A DNA stretch of 37,777 bases from a virus (taxonomy: Duplodnaviria > Caudoviricetes). The stretch spans positions 1 through 37,777 of IMG/VR virus record IMGVR_UViG_3300025635_000074; one strand, 5' to 3'. A model generated the notes under the pieces. The model worked only from the letters and a program-made list of their open reading frames with translations. It was not told the origin of the DNA and made no database searches. The position numbers and the translations under genes were made by a program. Shown in pieces: positions 9,271-19,845 of the stretch (the first letter of the stretch is position 1; every line of letters starts with the position of its first letter).

Positions 9271-11559
9271 ATGACTGATTTTAAAACATCTTTCATTGTA
9301 GATAAACAAGTTCCTCAGTTCATTAGAGAGGATCATCCTAAATTCATATCTTTTTTAGAAGCGTATTATGAATTTCTTGAAAATGAGCAATTTACGGATG
9401 GTGATTCGCAACTAAACGATGTAACTACTCAATTAAAAAAGTTCAAATATATATCGGATATAGATAGGTCATTGGATGATTTTGAAGATCGATTTATGGC
9501 AATGTTCGCACCTTTGATTCCAGCCGATACAGTATTAACTAAGGACTTTCTATTAAAACATCTTTTTCCATTATACAATTCTAAAGGTTCAGAGAAGTCT
9601 TTTAGATTACTTTTTAGAATGCTTTTCGGTGAAGAGATTGCAATCAAAACACCTAAAGATAGTATCCTTAAATGTTCAGATGGTAAATGGAAAGTTGAAA
9701 AAATTCTTCGAATTGATCCAACAATTCAATCATATTATACAGGTGATGGAACAACGACTGAATTTCTATTACCACAGGAAATTTCAGCTAATGAATACAC
9801 TGTATATATTGATGATATATTACAAGTTACCGGATATTTTGTCAAGAAAGAACTTAAAAAGATAATATTCGATTCCGCTCCAACCAATAATGCAATAGTA
9901 AAGATTTTATATACAAATTTTGACGTATCATTGTTGGCAAATAGAAAAATAATAGGCGAATCATCTAATGCGTCCGCTGTTATTGAAAAGATAAACATTA
10001 GAAATATTTCTAGCGAATATTATTATCAGATATACATTGACAATAAAACAATAGTTGGATCATTTCTAAATGGCGAAACATTGACTTGCGATATTATATC
10101 AAATGATGTATTGATTAATATAAGACTTTCGACACTATCTCAGTTAGATAGAATAGATATTGTCAATCCTGGTGCTAGTTACAATGTTGGAGATTATGTC
10201 ACATTCTTAGATTCTGCCCCGACACCCGCAGTTGCTATAATCAATGATGTTGAATCTGGAACTATTGAAGATGTCATAGTTTTAAATGGTGGTGCAGGTT
10301 TTAAGGTTGGTGATAATGTTAAGGCAGTTGGAATATCGAATACTGCATTTGAAGGTGATGTGATATCAGTAGATTCAACTGGTAGAAATACATTGAATAC
10401 TGTAACAATATATACTGATATAATATCAGATTATCAAAATATTGTATTGAGTAATACAAATTATGGATTTCCAGTTGTTGGAACAGAAAATACCAATACT
10501 TCTATTATCAATGCGCTAAGTTCGGTAGTCATAACCGATCTTGGACCAATCACCGCAGCAAATGTAATGATCTCCACTATATCATCGGATGAAGTGATTT
10601 ACGTTGAGCCAACACATATCGCAGGCAATATTAGATTAAATGATATTGGTATTTTGGGAAAAATCAATATTGCAAATGCTGGTATAAATTACACAATCGG
10701 AGAATATCTACAATTCAATAATTTATCCGGTGATTATAGTGGGCGGAATGCCAATGCCCATATCTCAAATGTTGCAGCTAATGGCGCAATCACAGCAGTT
10801 ACTATTAATAATGGTGGTCAAGGCTATCAAAATGAACTATTGCCTATTATAACTATATCAACAGCTAACGGCACTGGTGCAAATTTAGTAGTAACGACTA
10901 TTATGGGTGAAGGAGAATCTATTCAGGGAGTGCTACCTAGGGACGCCGATGGTAATATTGTATATGCTGGACAGATTAAATCCATAAGAATATTGGAATC
11001 CGGTGCTGGATATGTAGCATCTCCTAGAATTGATCTAAGCGGCAAAGGTAATGGATTGGCGACAGCGAATGCGATAATTCAAGATAGTATTCAAATATTA
11101 CCCGGAAGATGGACTTCAGCAGATGGTATTTTATCATCAGATGAAGCAAGAATTCAAGGTAGAGATTATTATATCAATTATTCATATCTAATTTCATCCC
11201 AGGTTGAATTCAAAAAATACAAGAAACTACTCCATGACATCATGCATCCAGTAGGCATGATAGATTATTGTGAATATAATATAAAGGATACGATTAATTC
11301 TGAAACAGGATCAATAACCAATATATTGAATACTAGAGATATTTCGGGAACAGTCAATACAAATAGTTCAATCTATGTTATTGGAACAAATACGAAATTT
11401 GTATTATCCAATACAAATGGAATATTAGTTCCGGGCGCAAATATATCAATAAATAATTCAATAAAAACTGTCAATACAATTTTAAGCAATACTATGTTAA
11501 CCGTCACAAGTGCGTATTCATTTACAGCAAATGCCCAGACTTTAACTATAATATCATAA
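9271..11559 (+). CDS. gp7: Baseplate wedge initiator, gp7-like
   Basis: QVPQFIREDHPKFISFLEAYYEFLE, YNSKGSEKSFRLLFRMLFGEEI, IQGRDYYINYSYLISS, IMHPVG. Lies between gp6 and gp8. Confidence 0.7.
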   Translation: MTDFKTSFIVDKQVPQFIREDHPKFISFLEAYYEFLENEQFTDGDSQLNDVTTQLKKFKYISDIDRSLDDFEDRFMAMFAPLIPADTVLTKDFLLKHLFPLYNSKGSEKSFRLLFRMLFGEEIAIKTPKDSILKCSDGKWKVEKILRIDPTIQSYYTGDGTTTEFLLPQEISANEYTVYIDDILQVTGYFVKKELKKIIFDSAPTNNAIVKILYTNFDVSLLANRKIIGESSNASAVIEKINIRNISSEYYYQIYIDNKTIVGSFLNGETLTCDIISNDVLINIRLSTLSQLDRIDIVNPGASYNVGDYVTFLDSAPTPAVAIINDVESGTIEDVIVLNGGAGFKVGDNVKAVGISNTAFEGDVISVDSTGRNTLNTVTIYTDIISDYQNIVLSNTNYGFPVVGTENTNTSIINALSSVVITDLGPITAANVMISTISSDEVIYVEPTHIAGNIRLNDIGILGKINIANAGINYTIGEYLQFNNLSGDYSGRNANAHISNVAANGAITAVTINNGGQGYQNELLPIITISTANGTGANLVVTTIMGEGESIQGVLPRDADGNIVYAGQIKSIRILESGAGYVASPRIDLSGKGNGLATANAIIQDSIQILPGRWTSADGILSSDEARIQGRDYYINYSYLISSQVEFKKYKKLLHDIMHPVGMIDYCEYNIKDTINSETGSITNILNTRDISGTVNTNSSIYVIGTNTKFVLSNTNGILVPGANISINNSIKTVNTILSNTMLTVTSAYSFTANAQTLTIIS

Positions 11560-11562
11560 ATA
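11555..11562 (+). promoter_or_regulatory. Late promoter-like motif CATAAATA at the gp7/gp8 junction
   Basis: Same octamer as the other sites. It overlaps the gp7 stop and is very close to the gp8 ATG, so function is uncertain. Confidence 0.3.
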
Positions 11563-11566
11563 TCAG

Positions 11567-13132
11567 ATGGCTAATACATACACATCACTATCACTTTCCT
11601 ACGATACCGCTAGACGATTTGTTGAAGATTTTTCAGCGGAAGATCACGATCAAACAAAATATGTGTTTATCGGCAATTCTAATCAATATGCCAATTCTGA
11701 TACAACAATACCAGATGTTGTTGATTCCATTGCAACTGAGAAAACCATTTGGGATTCGATGTTTGCAGCTAAAAGAATAACGGGAAACGATGTATCATTA
11801 GTTATTCCTAGAAAAAATTGGACTGCGAATACAAAATATAGACAATATGATGATATTGTCGATTCAACGACATTATTAAGCGCCAATACTACACTGAACT
11901 TGGAACCAATGTATGTTATAACATCAGATTTCAACGTCTATAAATGTCTATCAAATAATGCATCAAATACACAAGGATCAATAGTAGAACCAACCGGTGA
12001 TTTCACAACATCCAATGGATTTATTACGACAACGGAAAATGGTCAAAATGGATATACTTGGAAATATCTATTCAATGTAAAACAATCTAATAAATTTCTA
12101 ACAGACGATTGGATTCCAGTACCATATCTTTCAGATGCGCTGGACTACGGATTGAATGCTTCAAATTTCGTTGAAGGAGCGATTGCTAGTATTATTGTTA
12201 CCAATTCTGGTTCAGGTTATATTGACTCCAATGTCGCTGTTACATCATATTTGAGTGGAACCAATATCATATCTGTCGCCAATACTGCCAATATTTCTAA
12301 TAATATGTTTGTTACGGGAAATGGTATTATAACAGGTACATATATAACTAATTTAGATACGATATTTAAAAAAATCACTCTATCAACCCCCACAATATCC
12401 GCTGGCTCAGGCGAAATATCATTAAAAACTAGAGTCGATATTCAAGGTGATGGTAACGATGACACAACAACTGAAATAAAAATAACAAATACAACTATAA
12501 CAAAAATAGATGTAACCTCGATAGGTACGGGATATTCAACAGCTAATGCCATAATATATGGCACAGGAACAAATGCGACTGCAAGAGTTATATTGAGTCC
12601 AAAATATGGGCATGGTTATAATCCAGCCAGAGAATTGGGCGCAAATAATGTAATGATTGTCGCAAAGTTTGGAGAGATCGATGCATCTGAGAATGGTATC
12701 ATATCAATCGATACGTCATTTAGACAACATGGAATATTATCTAATGCGCATCGATATGGAGAAAATGCAAGACTATCCACAACAAATGCGAACACCGTTA
12801 TTTCTCAGACTCTCGATTTAACATTGTTGCCAGGAACTAATTATGATTTAAACGAATTTGTATATCAAGGCACTTCTAATACAGATTCGACTTTTTCAGG
12901 TGTTATTCATGCTCAGAATTCGGATACCAACACAGTTAGATTGATAAATACAAAAGGAACAATAGCAATAGGTTCTTTACTTAAAGGAAATATTACTTCC
13001 AGAATTGTATCAGGTGTTGATTATCCATTTTTTGAGCCATATTCCGGTGAAATTTTATTCGTTAAAAATGCATCAAAAGTGGATAGATATGATGGTCAAT
13101 CAGAAAATATAAAAATAGTAATTAATTTTTAA
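11567..13132 (+). CDS. gp8: Baseplate wedge subunit gp8
   Basis: WDSMFAAKRIT, VIPRKNW, YVITSDFNVYKCLSN, GYTWKYLF, KFLTDDWIPVP, GHGYNPARELG, and terminal ENIKIVINF. Confidence 0.88.
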   Translation: MANTYTSLSLSYDTARRFVEDFSAEDHDQTKYVFIGNSNQYANSDTTIPDVVDSIATEKTIWDSMFAAKRITGNDVSLVIPRKNWTANTKYRQYDDIVDSTTLLSANTTLNLEPMYVITSDFNVYKCLSNNASNTQGSIVEPTGDFTTSNGFITTTENGQNGYTWKYLFNVKQSNKFLTDDWIPVPYLSDALDYGLNASNFVEGAIASIIVTNSGSGYIDSNVAVTSYLSGTNIISVANTANISNNMFVTGNGIITGTYITNLDTIFKKITLSTPTISAGSGEISLKTRVDIQGDGNDDTTTEIKITNTTITKIDVTSIGTGYSTANAIIYGTGTNATARVILSPKYGHGYNPARELGANNVMIVAKFGEIDASENGIISIDTSFRQHGILSNAHRYGENARLSTTNANTVISQTLDLTLLPGTNYDLNEFVYQGTSNTDSTFSGVIHAQNSDTNTVRLINTKGTIAIGSLLKGNITSRIVSGVDYPFFEPYSGEILFVKNASKVDRYDGQSENIKIVINF

Positions 13133-13141
13133 AGGTTAAAA

Positions 13142-16100
13142 ATGTCAATTAAAGATTCCCTAGTCAATAATCCATATTATGATGATTTTGATGAGGATAA
13201 ACAATTTGTAAAAATATTGTTTAGACCAGGCTACGCAGTTCAAGCTAGGGAACTAACTCAGCTACAATCAATACTTCAAAACCAGATTAGTCGATTTGGT
13301 AAACATATATTCAAAAATGGTAGTATGGTTCTAGGTGGACAGACACTATACGAGAATACGGATGTTTTTTATCTAAAAGTCAATTTAACAGATTTAAATG
13401 GTTCAACAATAGATGTTGAGAATTTTTTAAATAAATATATTGTTGATTCTGCTACCGGTAGTATTAGAGCATTAGTTGTAGCCGTACAGGAATCTACGGA
13501 TTCGACAGACAATACATTAGTTATCAAATATTTTTCTAGTGGAACATTTGGTAATTCTACTGATATTCAAGATGAAAGTGGTGAATATTTCGCAACAACT
13601 GTAACCTCTTCAGCAACAGGTGCAAGTTCTATTGTGAGTATTGGTGAAGGTGTTTTTTTCTATGATGATTTTTTCGTGAAAGTATTAGATCAAACAATAA
13701 TATTAGATGCCTATGGCACAACGCCTTCGTATAGAATAGGATTGGAATTAATTGAGAGTATTGTCGATGAAAATTCAGATTCTAGTTTATTGGATCCAGC
13801 ATTAGAGGCATCCAATTATCAAGCACCAGGCGCAACTAGATATAAAATAGAATTAACATTGGCTAAACGATCTTTAACGTCAACCGATGATACAGCATTT
13901 ATTGATTTAGTTAGAATAGAAAATGGCACTGTAAAACAACGATTAGTTTATCCTCAATATGCAATGTTGGAAGATACGCTGGCTCGTAGAACATTTGATG
14001 AATCTGGAAATTATACTGTTAGACCATTTACTGTAACAATGACGGATGATGTTGTATCAAATAATGGAAATGGATTCGCTAATAGTTACAATTTAATTGT
14101 TAGTCCAGGCAAAGCGTATGTAAGAGGATATGAATTTGAAACTATTGCACCAACAACAATAGTGTCAAAAAGAGCGCAAGATTCTGCAAATGTAACCAAT
14201 CACAATCAAACATTCAATTATCAAAATTATATTGATGTTACTAATTTAAGTGGACCAATAAATTTTCAAGATTTCACAACATTGAATGTTCATTGTGTGC
14301 CAGCGGCAAGTATCGCCACAACCAACACCGATACGATAATGGCCACCGATATTGGCACTATTCGTATTAGAGCATTAGATTATCAGTATGGCGCAAACAC
14401 AACGAGTATCGCAAATGGTGTGTTTAGAGCGTATGTATTCGATTCAACAATAGGATCAAAAATTGGTCGGGCATCAGGTGGCACCGCTAACACAATCATA
14501 TTGGATCAATTAGCATCAACTGCTAATGATAGTTATCGCGGTGCCAAGATTCGATTATTGGCAACTGCGAATGAATATAATGCAAACTCTTTTAGTAATA
14601 CCATTATGCATGTAAGTGGTGTTTCCTCTAAAAATATAGCAGTTGGTAATAGAGTATTTGGTCCAGGAATAAATGTTGCGTCCTATATTTCTTCAATTAA
14701 TACTTCAACAAATTTAGTTACACTTTCAGCAAATACACAATCCAGTTTAACATTGAATTCATTTGCCTTTATAGCAGAAACAAATTATGGAGAAATAGAT
14801 ACTAAAATTATTGATTCTTATAATGGTGTTAATAGAACAGCTAGTATTGGAGATTCGACTTGGGCAAACACTCCGAATACTTCGTTTGTATACTCATTAG
14901 ATTTTCAATTTAGAGATGCTGAATCATTTGTTGCAAATACAGGAACGACGATTCATACAAAAATTAATATTTCTGATGATAGCAAATATTCAATTTTGGT
15001 TGATGATTATGAAGGCGCATATTTAACTGAGACTAATTTCAATTCATTGATATGGAAATTGCCACACTTCGCTATTAAAGAAAATTCTATTTCTGGTATT
15101 GAATATTATGCTAGACAATTATATTCTGGCACATTTTCTGCGAATGTACTAACATTTTCAACCGATACTGGAATACAATCAATAGTTACTGGTTCGCCAA
15201 TTAGTGGTTCAGATGCAGTTGATAATTTTCTAGTAGTATTGCGCGGCGGCACTCCAAATGGATTAGCAAATAATACTGTAATAAATTTTTTAGATCCTTC
15301 TAATACAGTTGCATCCGATGGTACTACGATAACGGTAACAGTTCCTGGTGCAGGCGCAGCCGTCGCAGATGTCTATATGAAAATTGACATACCAACTACT
15401 CAGCCAGCTAATATTAGACGTAGAAAACTAAAAAAATCAGCTAATTCATCCATTGTTACTACAACAGGCGGTGAAGTAATTGTTGCTGGTAATGCCTCAG
15501 TATTATTTACTGATCAAGTAGATCAACCAGGTGTTCAACTATTATTATCTAGCAATAATATAACCACTTTAAAAACTCCTAATGAACCTCAATCGCTATA
15601 TGTATCTGATATTATAACATTAGTCGCTGTTAAGGATTTTGGTGCAAATACCGCTACTACAGCTAATTTAGCATATGCTGCCGATATTACTGCAAGTTAT
15701 CGTTTAGATAATGGTCAGAGAGATAATTCATACGAACATGCGTCTATCAGTTTGATTGCTGGCGAAACGGCGCCATCCGGTAATGTCGCAATATTTGCTG
15801 ATTATTATAAACATGAGGGTTATGGTTATTTTTCAGTAGATTCGTATGAAAATGATGCTTATGCTGATATTCCAACATACGTTTCCCCTAATTCAGGTGA
15901 ATCATATAAATTAAGAGATTGTTTTGATTTTAGACTATCCAAGCAATCTGGGCTAAATGGTTTACGCGGCAAGTATAATGAGATTTATCTTGGAATATCG
16001 GGAACATCGGCACAATTTAACTATGCATATTATTTGCCTAGAATAGATAAATTAGTAGTCACTAAGAATAAGACATTTGATATTATTAATGGTGCATCAT

Positions 16101-19100
16101 CGCTAACTCCTATTCCTCCAAAGGATAGAGATGACGCAATGACAATTTATACTTTAATATTGCCAGCGTATACGGGTGAGACTGAACAAATAAAAGCAAG
16201 ATTTGTTCAGAATCGGCGCTATACTATGCGCGATATAGGTGAACTGGAACAACGAATACAGAATATCGAATATTATTCAACCTTAAATTTCTTAGAAAAA
16301 GAAGCAATTCAAGAACAATTTTTAGACGATTCTACTGGATTACCTCGGGTCAAAACAGGTGTCGTAGTTGATCCTTTCACCGGATATAAAATAGCAGATG
16401 TTTCTTCTGAGGATTATAATGCTGCTATTGATATTCAAAATGGCGAAGTGCGTCCATCGATCAGAACCAAACAATTTAGATTTGTCCTAGAGGATTATGA
16501 GGTTGATTATAATACTGAAGGTGAATTGAATACTACGTTCAATGCAACATCTAAAATTGTCACTCCGGCTTTTACTGCTAATACCTTTATTCAACAGCCA
16601 TTAGTATCTTTCACTAATAATATAAATCCATTCAGTTTAGATGTTAATTACGGTACAGCAGAAGCGGAAGAGATTGATCCAGAATATCCTGATTTGGAAC
16701 AACCGCCGGAAATAATCGATAATACTAATGGTATAAATGATTCTTGGGCATATTGTTCTCAAAATTTTAGAGATTTGCGATCCAGAAGTAATCTCAATTC
16801 AATAAAAAAAGAAGAATTCGAATGCTATAGAAGAGAATGGGGTTGGTGGTACAATCGAATAAAAGCTGATAGTCCACATACAGCAAAAAAACTCGAAAAA
16901 GAAATTACGAAGTTAACGAAAGAAGGATTATATGATTCCAATTTCGATGATTTTATCAATTCTTTAACAGCGGAAGTATTAAACGGCGCATCAAAACCAT
17001 CCGATTTAGTATCTAATCTTGATTCATTGACAACTATGTTGAAATCAGTGAATTTAAGACGCCGCAGAAAGAATATTTATTTTAGAGCGAAAGGTTTAAA
17101 ACCAAATCGTCTAGTAACAACATATTTGAATGATGTTAACGTATCTAATTTTGTTCTTAAACCAGATGTCATTCAAATTGAACATGATGAAATTCCTAAT
17201 AGTGCCCATTGGCTGAAACATTGGACACATGATTTTAGAAACGGTGAAATTTTCAAAGTTAGAATTGAAAGTAGTGGTAAAGTAATTGCGAGAGGCACGA
17301 TTGATTATATTGAAAGAGTATCATCTAACGTCGCAAATATCCATGTTTATGTTACGGAATCTGGCGAAGATGCTCTTTACAACAATAAAGATACTGAAAG
17401 AGTATTGATACCAGGCGATGATACATATATCAGATCAGGCCACTTTGGTAAATGGTGGAATAAAAAGAATTGTTCGGCTAACAATAAAATCATTGCATAT
17501 TATCCAGGATTTTCTATGTGCAATGTTGTTACCGCAAATACTGTACAAGTAACGGGTAAATTTGCCAATTCTAATGTTTCCTTTACGAATAATACTATCA
17601 CTGTAGTATCAGGTGACGGTGCTGGTAAAAAATATAATGTTGCATCATATAATGTTCAAACCAGAACAATAACTATATCAGGAACATTCAATCCTCTTCC
17701 GGGTGGTATGTATAATACTTATACCGATAATCGTGGAAGAACGCGAAATGTTCGAGATGAAGATCGTTCTATGATAACTATTGGTGATTGTTATACCGAT
17801 GGTAGAGGAACATTTCCTGGTTTGTTGATGTCACCATCTATCGTAGAAAACGATGATGAATTGGGACTAACAATTAATCGATATAATAAAAATCGATTGA
17901 AATTTGTAACTGCTAATACAGAATCAGTATATCCGCCAGCCCCTAAAGCAAATTCAGCAGGACCATTCGCGCAGACATTTATAGTGGATGAAAATATTCA
18001 TCCTCAGGGATTATCTATAACATCTGTTAAATTATTATTTGCCGCAATAGATGATTCTCTTCCTGTAAATATACAAATTAGACAGACTACACCAGATGGA
18101 ATTCCATTTTCATCAGGTATGATCGATTCTATATTACCAGGCGCATCCATATATTTGAATCCTAGTGATATTACTGTAATATCAAATACTACAATATCAC
18201 AAATGGGTGAATTTGAGTTTAATCCATTTTATGAGCCAGGCGTTAGTGCTAATACAAGTGCAACAGCAGGATATATGTCATTAGCCAATTCTGCACCATA
18301 TTACACCGAGGCAACTTTTAGTCAACCTATATTTTTAGATCCAGGTAAATCTTATGCGCTTGCTATAACATCGGCATCAGGTGAATATGAATTATATATG
18401 GCGCGGTTAGGCGATAAGATATTAGGAACAAATAGATTGATTACTGCGCAACCATATGTTGGCACACTATTCAAGATTCAGAATTCATCTGTTTGGGAAC
18501 CATTTCCAAATGAAGATATTGCATTTGAATTAACAAAAGCAACATATGATGTTATTCCTGCGGTATTTAAAATGCGATTAAGAGCGCGTCCACAAGATTT
18601 ATCAAATTATGGTTTACAAGGTATTGAATTATATGATGCAACAGCGCCTTCATCCAATGTGAATGTTAATGCATTATATATTACAACAGAAGAAAATGCC
18701 TATGTAAATGCGAATGCTTCTTATAAAATAAGAACAACATATTATGATGGAACACAAGATATTTTTAGAAATATAGAAACGGATACCAATATTGAATTCT
18801 ATGATGATTTTGGTCCAAGAATAATTACTAGCAATAATCAGTCATTTATTCTTGAAGCTACGCTTAAAACAATAAATCCTGATATTGCACCATCTCTTGA
18901 TATTTCTAAAATTAATATGGTCACAATTGAAAATATCATAGACAATAATGCAATTTCTAATAGTGATATTTTCATAACAAATCCAGGTCAAGATCATAAT
19001 GTAATGACGGTATCAGTAGCAATATCTGGGGGTGGTGGTACTGGCGCAACTGCTACAGCAAACGTTGTATCTGGACAAATTGATGATATTTATATAACAA

Positions 19101-19606
19101 ATACTGGTTCCGGTTATACTGGTTCACCCACCATTACGATTACAGATTCAAATGCCACAATATTAGCCGAAGCTGTTATCATAGGTGAAGATCAACCATT
19201 CGGCGGAGTAGGTGACGCTAAATATATAACTAGAAAAATAACTTTGGCAGATGGTTTTGATGGTGGAGATATTAGAGTATTATTCTCCGCACATAAACCA
19301 AGAAATACTGAGATCGATGTTTACTATAAGGTCCTGTCACAAGATGATGCAGATAGTTTAACAAATAAACGCTGGACACTGATGACATTGATTGGTGGAT
19401 TGAATAGTTATTCTGAGAATAAAAATGAGTATAAGAATTATATGTATGCTCCAGGATCAAATAATATTGCAGATAATTATATTAATTATGATGGTTTCAC
19501 CAACTTTAAGTATTTTGCTATAAAACTTGTATTCAGGTCAACTAATTCCAACAAAGTGCCAAGAGTGAAGAATTTTCGCGCAATTGCACTATCGGAGCTT
19601 CTATAA
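13142..19606 (+). CDS. Large virion structural protein, VrlC/DUF4815-like
   Basis: PYYDDFDEDKQFVKILFRPGYAVQARELTQLQSILQNQ, APGATRYKI, LARRTFDESGNY, PGKAYVRGYE, RRYTMRDIGELEQRIQNIEYYSTL, PFAQTF, and terminal PRVKNFRAIAL. Confidence 0.85.
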   Translation: MSIKDSLVNNPYYDDFDEDKQFVKILFRPGYAVQARELTQLQSILQNQISRFGKHIFKNGSMVLGGQTLYENTDVFYLKVNLTDLNGSTIDVENFLNKYIVDSATGSIRALVVAVQESTDSTDNTLVIKYFSSGTFGNSTDIQDESGEYFATTVTSSATGASSIVSIGEGVFFYDDFFVKVLDQTIILDAYGTTPSYRIGLELIESIVDENSDSSLLDPALEASNYQAPGATRYKIELTLAKRSLTSTDDTAFIDLVRIENGTVKQRLVYPQYAMLEDTLARRTFDESGNYTVRPFTVTMTDDVVSNNGNGFANSYNLIVSPGKAYVRGYEFETIAPTTIVSKRAQDSANVTNHNQTFNYQNYIDVTNLSGPINFQDFTTLNVHCVPAASIATTNTDTIMATDIGTIRIRALDYQYGANTTSIANGVFRAYVFDSTIGSKIGRASGGTANTIILDQLASTANDSYRGAKIRLLATANEYNANSFSNTIMHVSGVSSKNIAVGNRVFGPGINVASYISSINTSTNLVTLSANTQSSLTLNSFAFIAETNYGEIDTKIIDSYNGVNRTASIGDSTWANTPNTSFVYSLDFQFRDAESFVANTGTTIHTKINISDDSKYSILVDDYEGAYLTETNFNSLIWKLPHFAIKENSISGIEYYARQLYSGTFSANVLTFSTDTGIQSIVTGSPISGSDAVDNFLVVLRGGTPNGLANNTVINFLDPSNTVASDGTTITVTVPGAGAAVADVYMKIDIPTTQPANIRRRKLKKSANSSIVTTTGGEVIVAGNASVLFTDQVDQPGVQLLLSSNNITTLKTPNEPQSLYVSDIITLVAVKDFGANTATTANLAYAADITASYRLDNGQRDNSYEHASISLIAGETAPSGNVAIFADYYKHEGYGYFSVDSYENDAYADIPTYVSPNSGESYKLRDCFDFRLSKQSGLNGLRGKYNEIYLGISGTSAQFNYAYYLPRIDKLVVTKNKTFDIINGASSLTPIPPKDRDDAMTIYTLILPAYTGETEQIKARFVQNRRYTMRDIGELEQRIQNIEYYSTLNFLEKEAIQEQFLDDSTGLPRVKTGVVVDPFTGYKIADVSSEDYNAAIDIQNGEVRPSIRTKQFRFVLEDYEVDYNTEGELNTTFNATSKIVTPAFTANTFIQQPLVSFTNNINPFSLDVNYGTAEAEEIDPEYPDLEQPPEIIDNTNGINDSWAYCSQNFRDLRSRSNLNSIKKEEFECYRREWGWWYNRIKADSPHTAKKLEKEITKLTKEGLYDSNFDDFINSLTAEVLNGASKPSDLVSNLDSLTTMLKSVNLRRRRKNIYFRAKGLKPNRLVTTYLNDVNVSNFVLKPDVIQIEHDEIPNSAHWLKHWTHDFRNGEIFKVRIESSGKVIARGTIDYIERVSSNVANIHVYVTESGEDALYNNKDTERVLIPGDDTYIRSGHFGKWWNKKNCSANNKIIAYYPGFSMCNVVTANTVQVTGKFANSNVSFTNNTITVVSGDGAGKKYNVASYNVQTRTITISGTFNPLPGGMYNTYTDNRGRTRNVRDEDRSMITIGDCYTDGRGTFPGLLMSPSIVENDDELGLTINRYNKNRLKFVTANTESVYPPAPKANSAGPFAQTFIVDENIHPQGLSITSVKLLFAAIDDSLPVNIQIRQTTPDGIPFSSGMIDSILPGASIYLNPSDITVISNTTISQMGEFEFNPFYEPGVSANTSATAGYMSLANSAPYYTEATFSQPIFLDPGKSYALAITSASGEYELYMARLGDKILGTNRLITAQPYVGTLFKIQNSSVWEPFPNEDIAFELTKATYDVIPAVFKMRLRARPQDLSNYGLQGIELYDATAPSSNVNVNALYITTEENAYVNANASYKIRTTYYDGTQDIFRNIETDTNIEFYDDFGPRIITSNNQSFILEATLKTINPDIAPSLDISKINMVTIENIIDNNAISNSDIFITNPGQDHNVMTVSVAISGGGGTGATATANVVSGQIDDIYITNTGSGYTGSPTITITDSNATILAEAVIIGEDQPFGGVGDAKYITRKITLADGFDGGDIRVLFSAHKPRNTEIDVYYKVLSQDDADSLTNKRWTLMTLIGGLNSYSENKNEYKNYMYAPGSNNIADNYINYDGFTNFKYFAIKLVFRSTNSNKVPRVKNFRAIALSELL

Positions 19607-19845
19607 TGCGACAAATACCAATTAAAGACGATTTAAACTTTGCTAGAGATATGAAAAGCAATGCAATAATTCGCACAAATCCTAAAGAGTTGAATGATTT
19701 CAATTCGAAAAGAGCTAGAATATTAAAAGATATGAGCGATAAAGAGGAATCTAAATTGAGATTAGAGAAATTAGAAAATGATATGGCTTGTATTAAAAAA
19801 CTGATTCAAGATATGGCATCTATAAGGTCAGAAAATGCCCATTAA
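19606..19845 (+). CDS. Small hypothetical protein with coiled-coil C-terminus
   Basis: 79-aa ORF coupled (TAATG) to the VrlC-like gene. Confidence 0.7.
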   Translation: MRQIPIKDDLNFARDMKSNAIIRTNPKELNDFNSKRARILKDMSDKEESKLRLEKLENDMACIKKLIQDMASIRSENAH

